Source: Ramazzottius varieornatus (taxonomy: Eukaryota; Animalia; Tardigrada). Taken from it: a stretch of DNA of 64,000 bases. The notes below the pieces were generated by a model, which saw only the letters and a program-made list of their open reading frames with translations, was not told the origin of the DNA and searched no databases. Both the position numbers and the translations under genes were made by a program. Shown here in pieces: positions 25,920 to 38,271 of the stretch; position 1 is the stretch's first letter; every line of letters starts with the position of its first letter. The stretch is taken from assembly GCA_001949185.1 (NCBI GenBank), contig BDGG01000012.1, forward strand, positions 1,680,795 to 1,744,794, in the 5' to 3' direction.

Positions 25920-27057
25920 TGGTCCCGTCCATCGATCAGCAGAACGCCGCATTCCGTAAAACTTCTCCTCGCCGTTTATCATCATTTAAATCATGCTCAA
26001 AAATAAAATGACCCAATCCATTTGCTCAAATTTAATATTCCGATACAAGACTTATAGTTTTGCTGACTGGGTTTTTTCATCATTAGAAAAGAAATGGGAG
26101 AATAACACCAGGACGGTTTTTCGAGTGCTTGACATGTTTTCCGTAGTTACCACTTTCGTTGTGTGTAGAGATGACCGGTCCTTCTTCTGGGTCCTTTCGG
26201 GTCGTTAGTTCGAGATATCTCGAGTAAGCGATCGCTGTTCCGAATCTTTCTTCTGTCTTTGGGTGCTCCCGTCTCCGATGCTTCCTCTTCTGTCGACTTG
26301 TCCTTTGAGTCAAGTGACGAGACAAAGGCAAAGAGAAGACTGATTACAGTCGAGAAGAACAGAAATATGTCCAGATTATCCATAATGAACCGGAAGTCAA
26401 TGCGATGTCATGTAAGAAAAGTCGGAAAGCACGAAAAAACATAGCGACAATGCTAATCTCGACTTTTCATTCCACGGCTAAGATTCTTGACAAACCGGAG
26501 CTCGGCACTGTGTGTGATGAGCTCTCGCAGCATCTCGTATGCATCCTACGGCGCAGTGTGTGCGTCTATCCTCTTGGCGCGGTTGCGGACGAAAATCGAT
26601 AGTTCAGAAGCGGAGCAGCCAACGAGCGTCCAAAAATACTTCTGTCTACACGTTCTCATAATTCCGCTGAACGGAGAGGAAAAATCGAAGTCAATTAGTC
26701 TTTCATGGACATCACCCGTTTTGCGTTGCTACTTTTCGCGCGGTTCTTTGCCATACCTCGAAAAATGTGATCTCCCTAACCACCTTGTTTAGAAGAAAGG
26801 ACGTAGCACACACCGCTTGTAGCTTTACAAAAGAAACCCGGAAGAGAAACGTCGTTCGCCTCAAAGATATAAAACAACGCTGCAAGAAAAGGTTTGCTAT
26901 TAGACCAGCAGAACGAGACACCTTAAGTTATCTACAGCACTTAACAATTAAGACCGATAGCCGAGGCGATCATGCACGCTGAGTTTCGGCTTCAATGCGT
27001 CATCTGCAAGGAAGAACAGAAAATAAGACTAGTATACTTCATTCAAGTCACGCTTCT

Positions 27058-28855
27058 TCATCTTGAAAGATTTTTAGTGAGGGAGCTCAACGAACCCTGA
27101 TGAGCTGTGTTAGAGCGGTTCTTGGACGTCTGGTATCCCAAACGGCTGAATACTGATGATCCCGAAGCACGTTCTGGAGCTGGGCGTTCGTTCCGCCCAC
27201 TCCTATCCGAACGTCCATTGATGCCTCCAGTTTCACCCGATCCCAGACGGCTGAACACAGGAGTAGGCTCGTCCATTTTGTCTGACACCAACGTAGGTCT
27301 CAGCGGACCCTGCAAAACATATGGCAGTTGGGACAAGTTAAACTAGTATCAAGTGGGTGAGACGTACGCTAGAGTTCCCAGAGTTTCCGCTGGAACTCTG
27401 ACCAGTGGTCAAACGAGACATCTTGGTCTCGAGGACTCGAACGAGGCTTGTGTTGTTGTTGGTCTTTGTGCCCTTGGGATTCAGTCGCGAGAAGACATCT
27501 GGAACAGTGAATGAATGAACTAGATACCAGAATATCTTTGGAAAAATAGGGAGTATTCCGCATCCATTCTTTCGAGCCACCTGCCTCGCTTAGCTCCAGG
27601 ACCCGCTCCCATGCGAACAGTGAAATCAACAGGTGCAGTATCTCGAACGACTCTCTCGCTTTGCCCAAAACCAGGTCGCTTTATGACTGCAAACGGATCG
27701 TGTTTATGAAATTTTCATGAAGAGAAGACAGATCTTCGGTTCACCACATCACAGAACTTCAATAAAAGTTCTAGGCGTTCTAGTAAAAATAATGGGAAGA
27801 GGACTACATACTCGTTCGGAGATCACTGTCGTCATCCGCGGAACGCTTGCCCAAGCGAAGGTGAATAGATGTTTGTTCTGGTTTCGGTCCCACTGTCAGA
27901 ACCACATTCTTTAGTTCTCCCAACTTTCTTATCTCACTTTCTCACAAGAAGAGAACAGATTTTCGTACCTCTGGATACTGTGCGAACAGCCGGAAGTGAG
28001 CCGGAAGTTCGAACTTCACTACGAATCATTCTTCGGACTGGTGGATCAGAAGGCGCATTTTGCTGCTGCTGTTACAAGAACGAAAGCATGTTTCCAGTTG
28101 GACACAGTTAAGAATGAACAAGAGAAGTACGGATATAGTAGAGAGTTCATTGCCTGCTATTCCTCCGAAGGAAGGATTACCTGCGGAGCAACGGAGTTCG
28201 CCATTTGGCTACGTGATGAGTTATTCGAAGGAGAGGCAATCTCTTCGACTTCCATCATATCAGACCCGTTTGATTCCAGCTGTGGAGAAAGCTGCTTGGG
28301 CTTGGGGAAGGACAATGTAATATTGGGATGATACTGCTCTCCACAGTAACGCTTGGCGGCTTGTAGAATGGCGATCTGGTCGCCTATGCAGTTGATGCCC
28401 ATGTCCGTCAGGTATCCCTTATCTAAGTTCTTCAGAATCTGCCAGTTGATGCGCTCCTTGACGAAAATCGCTGCATACTCGGCTGAAGCGTGGTCTGGAA
28501 TACCGCTGTCCAGGAAGAAGTTCTTCCACTCTGTAAGACGCGAATCGTCTCTTCCACCTATACAGAAGCAACCACCGAAAATTTACAGCTACGGCTGAAA
28601 TACTCAACATCGCAGATCTTCTTTGCATATCTCCTTACCTGGTTTGGAAGCTGCGCCTGAACTTCCAGAAGACAGAGGTTCTTTAACAGGTTTAGCAGTC
28701 GAAGTGTTTGCGGGTTGAGACGCTGATGGAGCAGCCTTGGGTGTCGGGTTAGCTGTCACCAAAAACTCACGCTGTGATCCCTGGGATGACGAGGGCGGCT
28801 TACCTTTTGTGCTGGTCGCCCGCACTTCTCTTTCTCGCCCGGTACTTTTACTCAT
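27058..28855 (-). CDS. C19orf47-like protein (SAM-like domain, disordered tail with VFSRL repeats)
   Basis: Spliced frame 'EWKNFFLDSGIPDHASAEYAAIFVKERI..LDKGYLTDMGINCIGDQIAILQAAK'; three 'VFSRL' motifs near the C-terminus. Confidence 0.8.
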
Positions 28856-29545
28856 GGTCGTGGAGTTGATCGTTGATGTGCAGAATGGCGACTGTGAAAG
28901 CTGGTTAACGGATCTCGCAGGTTGGTAGGCTGTTTCAGTTCTCGATCGAACTATCACTCCAGACTGGACAGCACCTTGTCCCTCAACAATCTTTCTTTCT
29001 CGTAAACCCAACGGAACACAGCTAGGGATGAAATGAGGACTAGGATGATTTTGTAGGGAATCAGGTCGACTGAAACTCGGAAAACATGATCTGAGTAAAT
29101 ATTTGAATGCAGCAACTCCTGCATTCTGCAAGCAATCAGTATGACATACTGAATGTCATCAGGTTGATTTAGATATTACTTGATTGGTTGTCGTCGGAAT
29201 TTTGCAGTAGTGGGTTTGCCATCTGGATGTTCTACAAGAGCCTTCGATGACCTCTTATTCCGACGGTGGATTTTCTAATGAGCCAGAAACGAAGCAAAAG
29301 ACTGGTCTTGAAAGTGCTGAGATTGCATCCCACATCATACTGCTGCTGCTGACAAAAACGAGATCAAACAAAAAACAGGCGCAGTAAAAAGATGCAAAAC
29401 GTGGATTACAGGATGGCAAGCGTAGACAAATTCCAGGAAGAAAGTTCCTCAAAAAGATACCTCTGTACACTTGGGACACAAACCGCTGTGATATTTCGCT
29501 TATGAATTATGATGAACTGATGATTATCGAAAGAAGAACACTTTA

Positions 29546-30405
29546 TTACTTCCAGTGAGCATTTTCCATTTCAATAAGCACATGGAAAGGGTTGTACCAC
29601 TCGGCACTCTGTTGAGGTCGCTGTAAAGGCTGTCGAAAGATCTGCGCATTCTGATACGAAGTACCCTGGTAATGCGCGGTGTCTTCAGTTCCCGAGAGCT
29701 CTACACGGATGATAAAGTCATTCCATCCTTGTGCCCGGTATATCTCTTTCATTTGCTGCGCATCCAGCAAGACTGTGTAGTCATCGGGAGAGCACACCAG
29801 AACGCGAACCTTTCCATCTCGGAAGGTCGTACTGGGAAGCCGCATCCTCATCCTCTTCACCTTCTTCCCTGCAAAGCATTCAGCACATTTCTATGAGAAT
29901 AACTTTATAGCTGACTTATATATCCGTTACGCGGGTCACACAAACCTGCAGGAGACAGGTTGAAACGATACTCCAGAAACGCGCTGAGCGTATTCCCTTT
30001 ACCCTGGAAAGATACGTCTTCTCTAGCAAGGTAGCCCATTTTCCAGTCATGCTCTTCTTTCCTCGCTATATTGCAGTATCTCCATGTGCCGTTGTTCCAT
30101 CCTTTCCGAACAGAGTTCTGCGCGCCATTTCGCGGTCGTGTATAAACATCATCGACGACATTATAAAGGACTTGCAATATATCACTGTCTACTTCCTGTC
30201 CTTCTGGAATAAATTGATATCCTCCTTGTTCAAAGTGGATGTGGTTGTGTGTATAGATGTCGGACAAAGGGTCGAATGCCAGTCTGGGTCCATAGTACTC
30301 GGCTGGAAGATCCAAAGCATCTCGTGGTACTGGCTCGAAACTGGGAAACCGGTTAGGAGGAAACTCGAACAGGGAAGATGCGGACGGCTCCGCCATTTCT
30401 CCCAT
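29546..30405 (-). CDS. Stand-alone PAW (PNGase C-terminal mannose-binding) domain protein, 2 exons
   Basis: 'YNVVDDVYTR', 'GWNNGTW..IARKEEHDWKMGYLAR', 'STTFRDGKV', 'YQNAQIFRQPL' match the NGLY1 PAW module. No transglutaminase domain is seen upstream. Confidence 0.82.
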
Positions 30406-30785
30406 CGACAGATAAAAGACAAGAGTGAAGAGGAACGATAGCACGCGCAGGAAGAAGGAACAAGGTTAACTCATGAGCACCCGATAAGCACCAACCAGAC
30501 TTAACCAGACTAAATGTTTTGGTTTCAAGTTTTCAATGAACAGTCTTAAAAGTCAAAACTCTGAATTTTTCACCTGGGTGCAGGGGCGAAAAATTTCTTC
30601 GTGCGAGGAAACATTAGACATGCCACATTCAACATTTTGATTTCCATCTTTTGTAGAGTCTGCACTTTGGAACGATTCTTCGGTATCCTCTGGGTGATCC
30701 GATCCAGTATTCGAGCACTTCTGCCGCTCCTGCAGTGTCAGATTTTCAAGTTGGTCTGTTCTTCTCTCGGGACTAAGACAGCGAC

Positions 30786-33021
30786 ATGGCTAGTCGACTA
30801 GATGTGGTGATTTTCGGAGCTTCCGGCTTTACTGGAGAGCATGTTGTCCGCCGGGCAATTCAGAAGCAGAAAGAAGAGTCGGCGTTCACTTTCGGGATTG
30901 CTGGGAGGTCAGCGGAGAAGCTAAAGGATGTGCTGAATCGCGCCAAGAAGATCCCGGGTAAGCTCGACTGCTCGACCTGCCATCTATCCTGCTCTATGTA
31001 TGCTATCCCGGAAGTCATGCCACTCGCAGTTTTTGCATAAGGTTTCGTTTTCCTTTTCAGGTTTGGAAGAGTTCTCGTGCGAAATAATCGTGGCAGATAT
31101 CAACAATGAGCAGAGTCTGCGGAAGATGTGCGCTCAGGCCAAAGTTTTGATCAACTGCGTCGGTCCGGTGAGTTGGTCCTACGGGCTTTTCATTCACTTC
31201 AGAGAGGGTCTCTTAGTTTGTTGAATGGCGAATTTTGTTATTTTGCAGTATCGCTTCTATGGAGAGCAAGTTGTGAAAGCCGCCATTGACAGTAAGACAA
31301 ACTACGTGGACATCAGTGGAGAACCGCAGGTGAGTAGACTATAAGCCGTAACTTGCGGGTCCTGTTATGACCGGTGTTCGTAAAGAAGTGCTGCTGTACG
31401 GCGTTGAACTTATGGCGTTCCTGTATGAAGCTTGCTTGGAAGATAGAGAAATTTGACTTCTCTGTTATGCTTGTAGTTTCTGGAAGGAATGCAGCTGAAG
31501 TATGATGAATATGCCAAAAGCCAGGGAGTCTACGTGGTGGGAGCCTGTGGGTTCGACAGCATTCCATCCGAGCTTGGTATTGCCTTCACGAAGAAGAATT
31601 TCGCCGGCGACTTAAACTCTGTGGAAACTTACATGTCGGTCAAGGCTGGCCCAGAGGTAAGGGCTCGAAAGCAGAAGCGTGATCACGTACAACGATGAGC
31701 TTTGGCCCCTACATCCGACTTCCGTCTGAGGCGATCAAAGTGCAGCGTGACTTTTTGGGTTTTCCCGACTCGAAGAACCAACCCGCATGTTTTACACGAT
31801 AAAATCCTCTTTGTTCGGTGTAGGTATCGCTCTAATCTTGTTTTTTCGTAGGGTGCGGCAGTTCATTACGGGACTTGGGAGTCTGCGGTCCACAGCTTCT
31901 CGACATCAAAGGAGCTTGGTCCGCTGAGAAAGCAGCTTTACGCTACTCGACTGCCGCGTCCGAATCACAAGGTGGACCAGAAGTACGTTTCTTAGGAGTA
32001 TTTAGTTACTATGTAATTCATACCCGTATCTTTACTGTCTCGAAATCTTCGATAGAACGGTCCACTATGGTGAAGAGGCCCAGGGCTATGCCATTCCATT
32101 TCCGGGTAGCGATCGAGCTGTCGCTCGTCGCACCGAGTATCTGGAATTCACCGAGCAAAACAAGCGACCCGTAAGAAAGCAGGATATCTTTGTTTGAGTA
32201 TGTTTGGATATAAACGTGTTGTGGCTTCTAGGTGCAAGTCGTATCCTATTTGAATGTCGGTTCACTATGGAACACTTTCTTGATTATGGTGTTCGGCGCT
32301 GTCTTCTCCTTCATGGCGAACTTCAAGGCCACCCGCGAACTCCTTCTGAAGGTACAGCTGGACTGATGGGTATATTGTTCGTAGTAAGGCGTTCATGTGT
32401 TGGTGCTCTTCCAGTATCCTAAGGCTTTTTCGGCGGGGCTGTTCTCTCACGAAGGACCAACCGAGCAACAAGTACAATACAATACGAGTTTGCATCTATA
32501 AGGTTTTGCATCTTTCCGGTTTTGCATCTATAAGGTATGTGCGATTGTTCCATAGATTGCGCACACTTCATTTCTCATGAAAATTATCGGCTACGGATAC
32601 CCCACCAAGTTGGCGTCAAGCGAGGAAGTTCACTCAGGATTGCCCACTAAGAAGATAATCGTCAACGTCACTGGCCCCGGTTAGTACACTGTCGTATCAT
32701 CGAATCGGTTCTAGGAACTATTCTACAGTATTCTACAATCTCACCTTTATAGAACCCGGATACGCCGCCACTTCTGCCTTCGTCATGGAAAGCGCTTTCA
32801 CCATCCTCCAGCAAATTGAGCAGCCGCGCTCAAGAATTCCACGGTATATAAGCAATGTTTTTGAGCCGATTACTGTACTATACTGCTGCATCTTATCCAA
32901 GTTGCGATCTTATTCTCGCAGATTTGGCGTGATGACTCCCGGATATGCCTTCGGAAATACCAACATGTATGAGCGTCTGGCCAAGTATGGTGTCGGGTTC
33001 CACGTGGAGACCCAAACCTAA
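30786..33021 (+). CDS. SCCPDH: Saccharopine dehydrogenase-like oxidoreductase
   Basis: 'VIFGASGFTG', 'IAGRS', 'NCVGPYRFYGEQVV', 'YVDISGEP', 'CGFDSIPSELG', 'GPEPGYAATS', 'GVMTPG'. Confidence 0.93.
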
Positions 33022-33263
33022 GCTATGGTTGCGTTCTGGCTGTCTGTGAGTAGAAGGTTCATCGACTTGCGTTCATCGGCTAACTTCCTCGGATGTTACA
33101 TTTGATAGGTTTGCATTCGTAACAGATATTTGGACGTTTCTGAGGATTAATCTAATTTTACCAATATTCAGTTTTACCGAGCTGCCTAACTGCAGTATTT
33201 ATTAAATCTGTCATCGTAACTTAATTTCGTTCGCACATTAGATATTATAAAATAAAAATGGTT

Positions 33264-35360
33264 TCATGTTCGCAGACATCTGGTAGTTTCTGACTGCTGA
33301 CAGAGCAGCCTATGCGCTTTTTGTGATAAGATTGTTCGAGCTGCTCGACCACATTGAAACACTTCGCCGTTACTCTTAAATGGTGGTCTTCTTTCTTCCA
33401 GGGTTTCCTCGCCATAGATGTTGTCGACAGGTGTTTCGCAGGTTTCGGCTTGTTCGTTCCAGTACTGCTTTCGGTTGACTCGGCAAGGTGGAAGTGTCAG
33501 ACCAGCTGGTGCCACGCCCCGTTCTAGAAGGTCCCTCGTCCATTTCGCTTTGGCCATCCTTGACCGCAGAGGTCCTAACTCAAAGAGTTCAGGGATGAGA
33601 TGCTTGCAGTCTAACATTTCGTGGGGCGTGGTGTGAATGAAGCGAACACAGTCCAGAAGACGCTCGGCAAAGTTTTTCCTGGGATCAGGGCGGAACTGAA
33701 TCCACCTTATCATGGCATCCACAACGTCCAGTTCAGACTATTCAAGCAAACAAAACGATTACGTGTCTTGGTGAATAGCACGAAAGTAAGAAAGCTCCTT
33801 GAAGATGCCTACGTTTATTTTAATTTCGTTGCTGCTGAAAAGCGCTTCTACGCTCTCGATGGGCCACGCCAGGAAAGAGGACTGTCCGGTGATTTTGTAA
33901 AAGTCGATCGGTCCCTTTTGCGGACAGAGAACCCTGTGACAGAAAAGCATGATAACATGCTCGAGGTTGATCAGAGTGTGCGGAGATTTGATAAGAAGAA
34001 CCTACTTGGCCGCTTCTTCTCGGCGAAGTTCCTCTTCTCTTTGGGCATCGGGGACATCTCCTTCGCGGTTACAGGCAGCGATGGAACGAACGCTTTCCTG
34101 CGACTTGACAACTCCCGCTTCGACAGGGTACGCTGGAGCACAAGGTTCGCAAGTGCCAGATCCAGCACCGTCATCCGCTGCAGCGGGAAGTCCGTGACCA
34201 CTTTCTATAGACCTGACGAAATTACTGCGGAGCGCATCTTGCCTGGTGCGCGGAGAATTGGGCAACAAATCCGAAAACTGCATGGACTTCAGCTTGTCCT
34301 TGCACAACTGAGCTAGAGAAAAGATCTTCAAAGCCTGTGCAACGTTTAGGATATCCTGCAACAAACCAAGAATTTTGAGATACAGTTATGTGGAAAAGTT
34401 TGTTATCAGTTTTACCCACTAGAGTATTTAAAACACCTACCGCTGCATTGTAGTGATGGATTTCGGTAGATCCTTTGTACATGAACTCAATGCATCTGAG
34501 GAGAGCCCTTGTTTGAAGCTGCGACACGTCGATGCATACTTCCGGCATCAACATTCTGTCCGGTCTTTCCCGTATGAACTGCTTGTTGAACCGAGGACTA
34601 AAGGCGGCAAGCACCAACTTATGACACTTCACCTTGTTTTCACCCACGTAGATTATGACGTCCGCTAGTTCTTTACTCCGGAACAAGTTGGCGAAATATC
34701 GAGCCGTTCGTTCCGCTGAAAACCCCGAAAACGTTTCCGTTAGTTCCGAGAGCAGCAATTACGAAAAATATGATTTAGCAACTGTCGTACAAGAATACCA
34801 TGCCTTTCCACGGATTCTCCGATGACCCAGTGAAGGCCTCGTAGTTCCTTGTCGTTGAGTATCTTCGTGGTGTCCCGGAGAGGTATTTCCCGCATTAATT
34901 TGTTACCAACCAAGTACGGCTTCGTTTGGTCCATTCGGATATTGGCGTCTCCCATTAACAGGTTATCCGGTCTGAGAAACGTGTTTATGGAGTGCTGATC
35001 GCATTCTTCGGGACAAGGTGGTGGCTCCACCCGTCCGCTTGTCGCACAGGGTCCACAAAATGCTTCGAACTTCTGTGCGGGTTTGGCATTGGAAGCGGAC
35101 GGAAGTTCTAACGGACATCCACCAGCGGACGGTTCTAACGGACAACCACCTGTTGTTGCAGGTTCGTTTGCGGCAGGAGGTTCATACAAAAGTGGTGGCT
35201 CCTCGAAAAGCGGGTGGTTGTCAATGGGAGGAGAGCAACTTCTGGCTCCACAGATGTCGCTGTCACCACAAATATCCGACTTGCCGGTTGCGCATAGGTC
35301 TTTCTTCTTTCTGCCACCAATAAAAGAGAGCTTGTGTAACGTGTTGGAAAATGGTGTCAT
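33264..35360 (-). CDS. BTB/POZ-BACK domain protein without Kelch repeats
   Basis: BTB 'LADVIIYVGENKVKCHKLVLAAFSPRF..IEFMYKG'; BACK '..ELDVVDAMIRWIQF..LLDCVRF'. Confidence 0.78.
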
Positions 35361-36699
35361 CACAATGGAATAATGTACTTATCGAAGTATTCTTTTACTC
35401 CTACTTCCGTCAAGGTTTCCACGACTTCCTGGTTACACATGAAACAAATACTGCAGTAGCAAATTGCAAGTCGATGTTCATCAGAGTAAGTTCCTTCTGC
35501 AGTTGCAACCAAAGTTACTTGGAGACTGTGAATTGTGAGAGCGAAACACAAGGCAGGTGTATCTGCGAATCAGGTGTTCAAAGTGCTCCATACAGTGCAA
35601 TATGTGAAAGCTGAGCAGAACCAGAGATGTCAGAACTAACGTAAGAAGAGGAAAGTGTGAGGTACCAATTACACAAATACTGCAACTGAAATCGTATCTT
35701 TTGTTGCAGCCGATACAGTGTGAGGCTATTACGTAATGCTCGCAGAGCTTACTGATAAACCTTGCATGGGACTTGATACCCCATGTTATCCCATGTCAAA
35801 CCACTTCAGGTGGTCTAACATGGGATTTTTGGGTACGAGCTGTCGTGGCGGAGCTGGTTTTGTTCGTAAGTTTGTGTTTGAACCCCTCTGCTGGACTTTG
35901 CCCAGTAAAGGGCGAAGTACAAGTACAACATTAGTGGAGATAAGCTTGTGAATGGAATGTGACTGAAGAGAAGCGAAAGTAGGTCACAAAAGAAGGAGAT
36001 AAGGCTGTAGCATTGCATGCTGAGTGATAGGGAGTAATTCAATGGGTGGGAACTTGGGATACGCACTGCCATGATTCCAGTTACCGTTTTCTTCCCTCTT
36101 AGCCACCTTCGGCGGCAACAGTACCCGTTAGGGTGCCGCCCCGCGAATATACTTCCGTCTCCACACATGTCGCCGAAGCCTTTCGGATACCCATACGAAG
36201 GTTAGTGCATTATCGCGCTGCAAAGTAGAAGTCATACTCTGCCTGGACTATGATTTTTCGAAACTTAGGCCGGGTACATTTAGTCGACAGGGTCGTTATG
36301 AGTGACGACGTAAACACGGTACGCCACAATATTTTGACGAATCAGCGTTCACAAAGTACGGTGGCAGATGCGATCAACCCAGCAATCGCAACCCCGCTAG
36401 TTTATTTCCGGCTTTGCTTTGCATCATTTTATTCTCTCATCTGTCCTCAGAAACGTAAACGTCTCTTTCGCTTTTAGCCTCAGTATTTTTCTTATCTTGT
36501 CTGGAAAACGTGGACGCGCTGCGACAGATCAAGAAGATGTGGAATCCGCTGAGAGAAATCCTTTCACTCCTGCCACAGCGTATTTCTTGAGGATCATAAA
36601 GGCTAGTTCTGCTGCGGCGGAAGTTCGGCTATTGGACAGCTCACTGAGAGTATCGGGCTCTTGCGGACGAAGAGATGATATCAGAGCCAACAACTCTCA

Positions 36700-38271
36700 C
36701 TGGATCAAAAATACGATAAAATTCGATACGATATTTTTCGATGAAATATCCGCAGGTATTTTATCGCGGTCTTTGATATTCGTTCGGTATCGATATTTCG
36801 ATATGATCTTTTTCCCATACCGTATTTTCGATATATCGTATCATATCGCAGCGATATATCGATATTTTTGCAATTAGAGTTTTTTCAGAATTCTACTGGG
36901 TTCAAGGCCAAGAACCCAAGAAGCCGATTTCCACATAACGTATCAGTAAGATCGAAAGCGTTGGATACAGCAAGAAACGTGGCAGTACCAAGAGTCCAAG
37001 ACTTCAAATACATGGAAACCTGGATATTATTAGTACCAAAACCGAATGGGCGAAGCTTGCTCGCCTGCTCGGCGTACCGTAGCCGGAATCAATGCTTTGA
37101 AATCAACTGTAGTCTTTAGTAAATGTGATATAATTGCCGAGTTTGCCATTCAGCAGAATACCGATATATCGAAAATATATCGATATTCCGCGATACGATA
37201 TCGCCGAATATTTTACTGTGTTATTCTATATGAGTCTCATACTGCATTCTCTCCGGAAATGGATGTACGACACTCAATTCAAAATGTGAAACTGCAGATA
37301 TGGTCGGTAGGCGGTAGCTCATACGATTGAAACAGCTGTGATGCCACAGGATCCAATCAATCCGGAGAGTTGCTTGGTTCAGTTATGAAATCAGCTGTTC
37401 AGTGAATGACTCGCACAGACTAATAGTATTTTGTCCGAATGCGGTGATTGCTTCGTGTTTTCTGTCACTTCTCGTCGAACGTTCTTTTCCTACTGAACCT
37501 CATTTGCTGTACTCCGAAACTGTACTATGGGCAAAGTGAAGAATCGGCCACCTAACCAGGGTTTGTCAGCCGATAGCACCTGTTCCCCAGACTATTCTTC
37601 AGCGTCGTGCAGAGATAATTCACAAGATGGATCATGGGGTCTTCCACCATTGTTAACTGCTTCCAAAAATGTAAAATGGTCGACCAGAAATTCCGAGATT
37701 CGGTCGAACCTGAAACGGTGAATGTTGCTTCAGATCTCAGCTGTCGTGTGATGCCAGTTTTCTCTGTGAGCTGTCTCTTACTGTAGTTTGATATTTTCGA
37801 TGTCGTATCGATATTTTCGATACGACATCTGCCGCATATCTTATCGCAAAGATTCGATATTTTTCGATACAATATCGGCGGCTATTTCATTGCGGTCTTC
37901 GATATTCATTCGATATCGATATTCCGATACGATAGACGTAACTACACCAAGACTTCAAACACCTGGACAGAATTAGCACCAGAACCGAATGGGCGGAGTG
38001 TGCTCGGTACACCATGGCCAAAATCAAGTCTTTGAAATCAACCATGGTCTTCCGTAAACAAGATATCACTGGCAAGTTTGCCATTCAGCAAAATACCGAT
38101 GTATCGAAAATATATCGATATGGCGTGATACGATATCGCCGAATATTTTATTGCGTTGTTCGATATGAGCTTCATATCGATATTTTCGATACGATATCTG
38201 CCGCATATTTTATCGCAAAGATTCGATGTATTTCGATACGATATCAGTATACCGTGTCGTTGCCAGCACTA
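36700..38271. repeat. Two related CGATAT-rich repeat copies (~36700-37240 and ~37790-38271), probably hAT-derived
   Basis: Shared direct-repeat core CAAGACTTCAAA..ACCGAATGGGCG..GTTTGCCATTCAGCA..CGATACGATATCGCCGAATATTTT. Right end GCCAGCACTA is the reverse complement of a TAGTGCTGGC hAT-like terminus. Confidence 0.6.

Noticed and set aside
26147-26383. 78-aa ORF with hydrophobic N-terminus
   Set aside because: No recognisable homology; could be a pyrimidine tract or UTR. Unsupported without expression data.
27990-28010. Tandem CCGGAAGT ETS-like sites
   Set aside because: They lie within a probable coding exon of the C19orf47-like gene.
31690-31735. Possible C/D snoRNA in an SCCPDH intron (CCGACTTCC before CTGA)
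   Set aside because: Only ~9 nt of rRNA-like complementarity, a non-canonical C box and no clear terminal stem.
36700-38271. CRISPR-like periodicity
   Set aside because: No constant repeat with unique spacers, and the context is eukaryotic.
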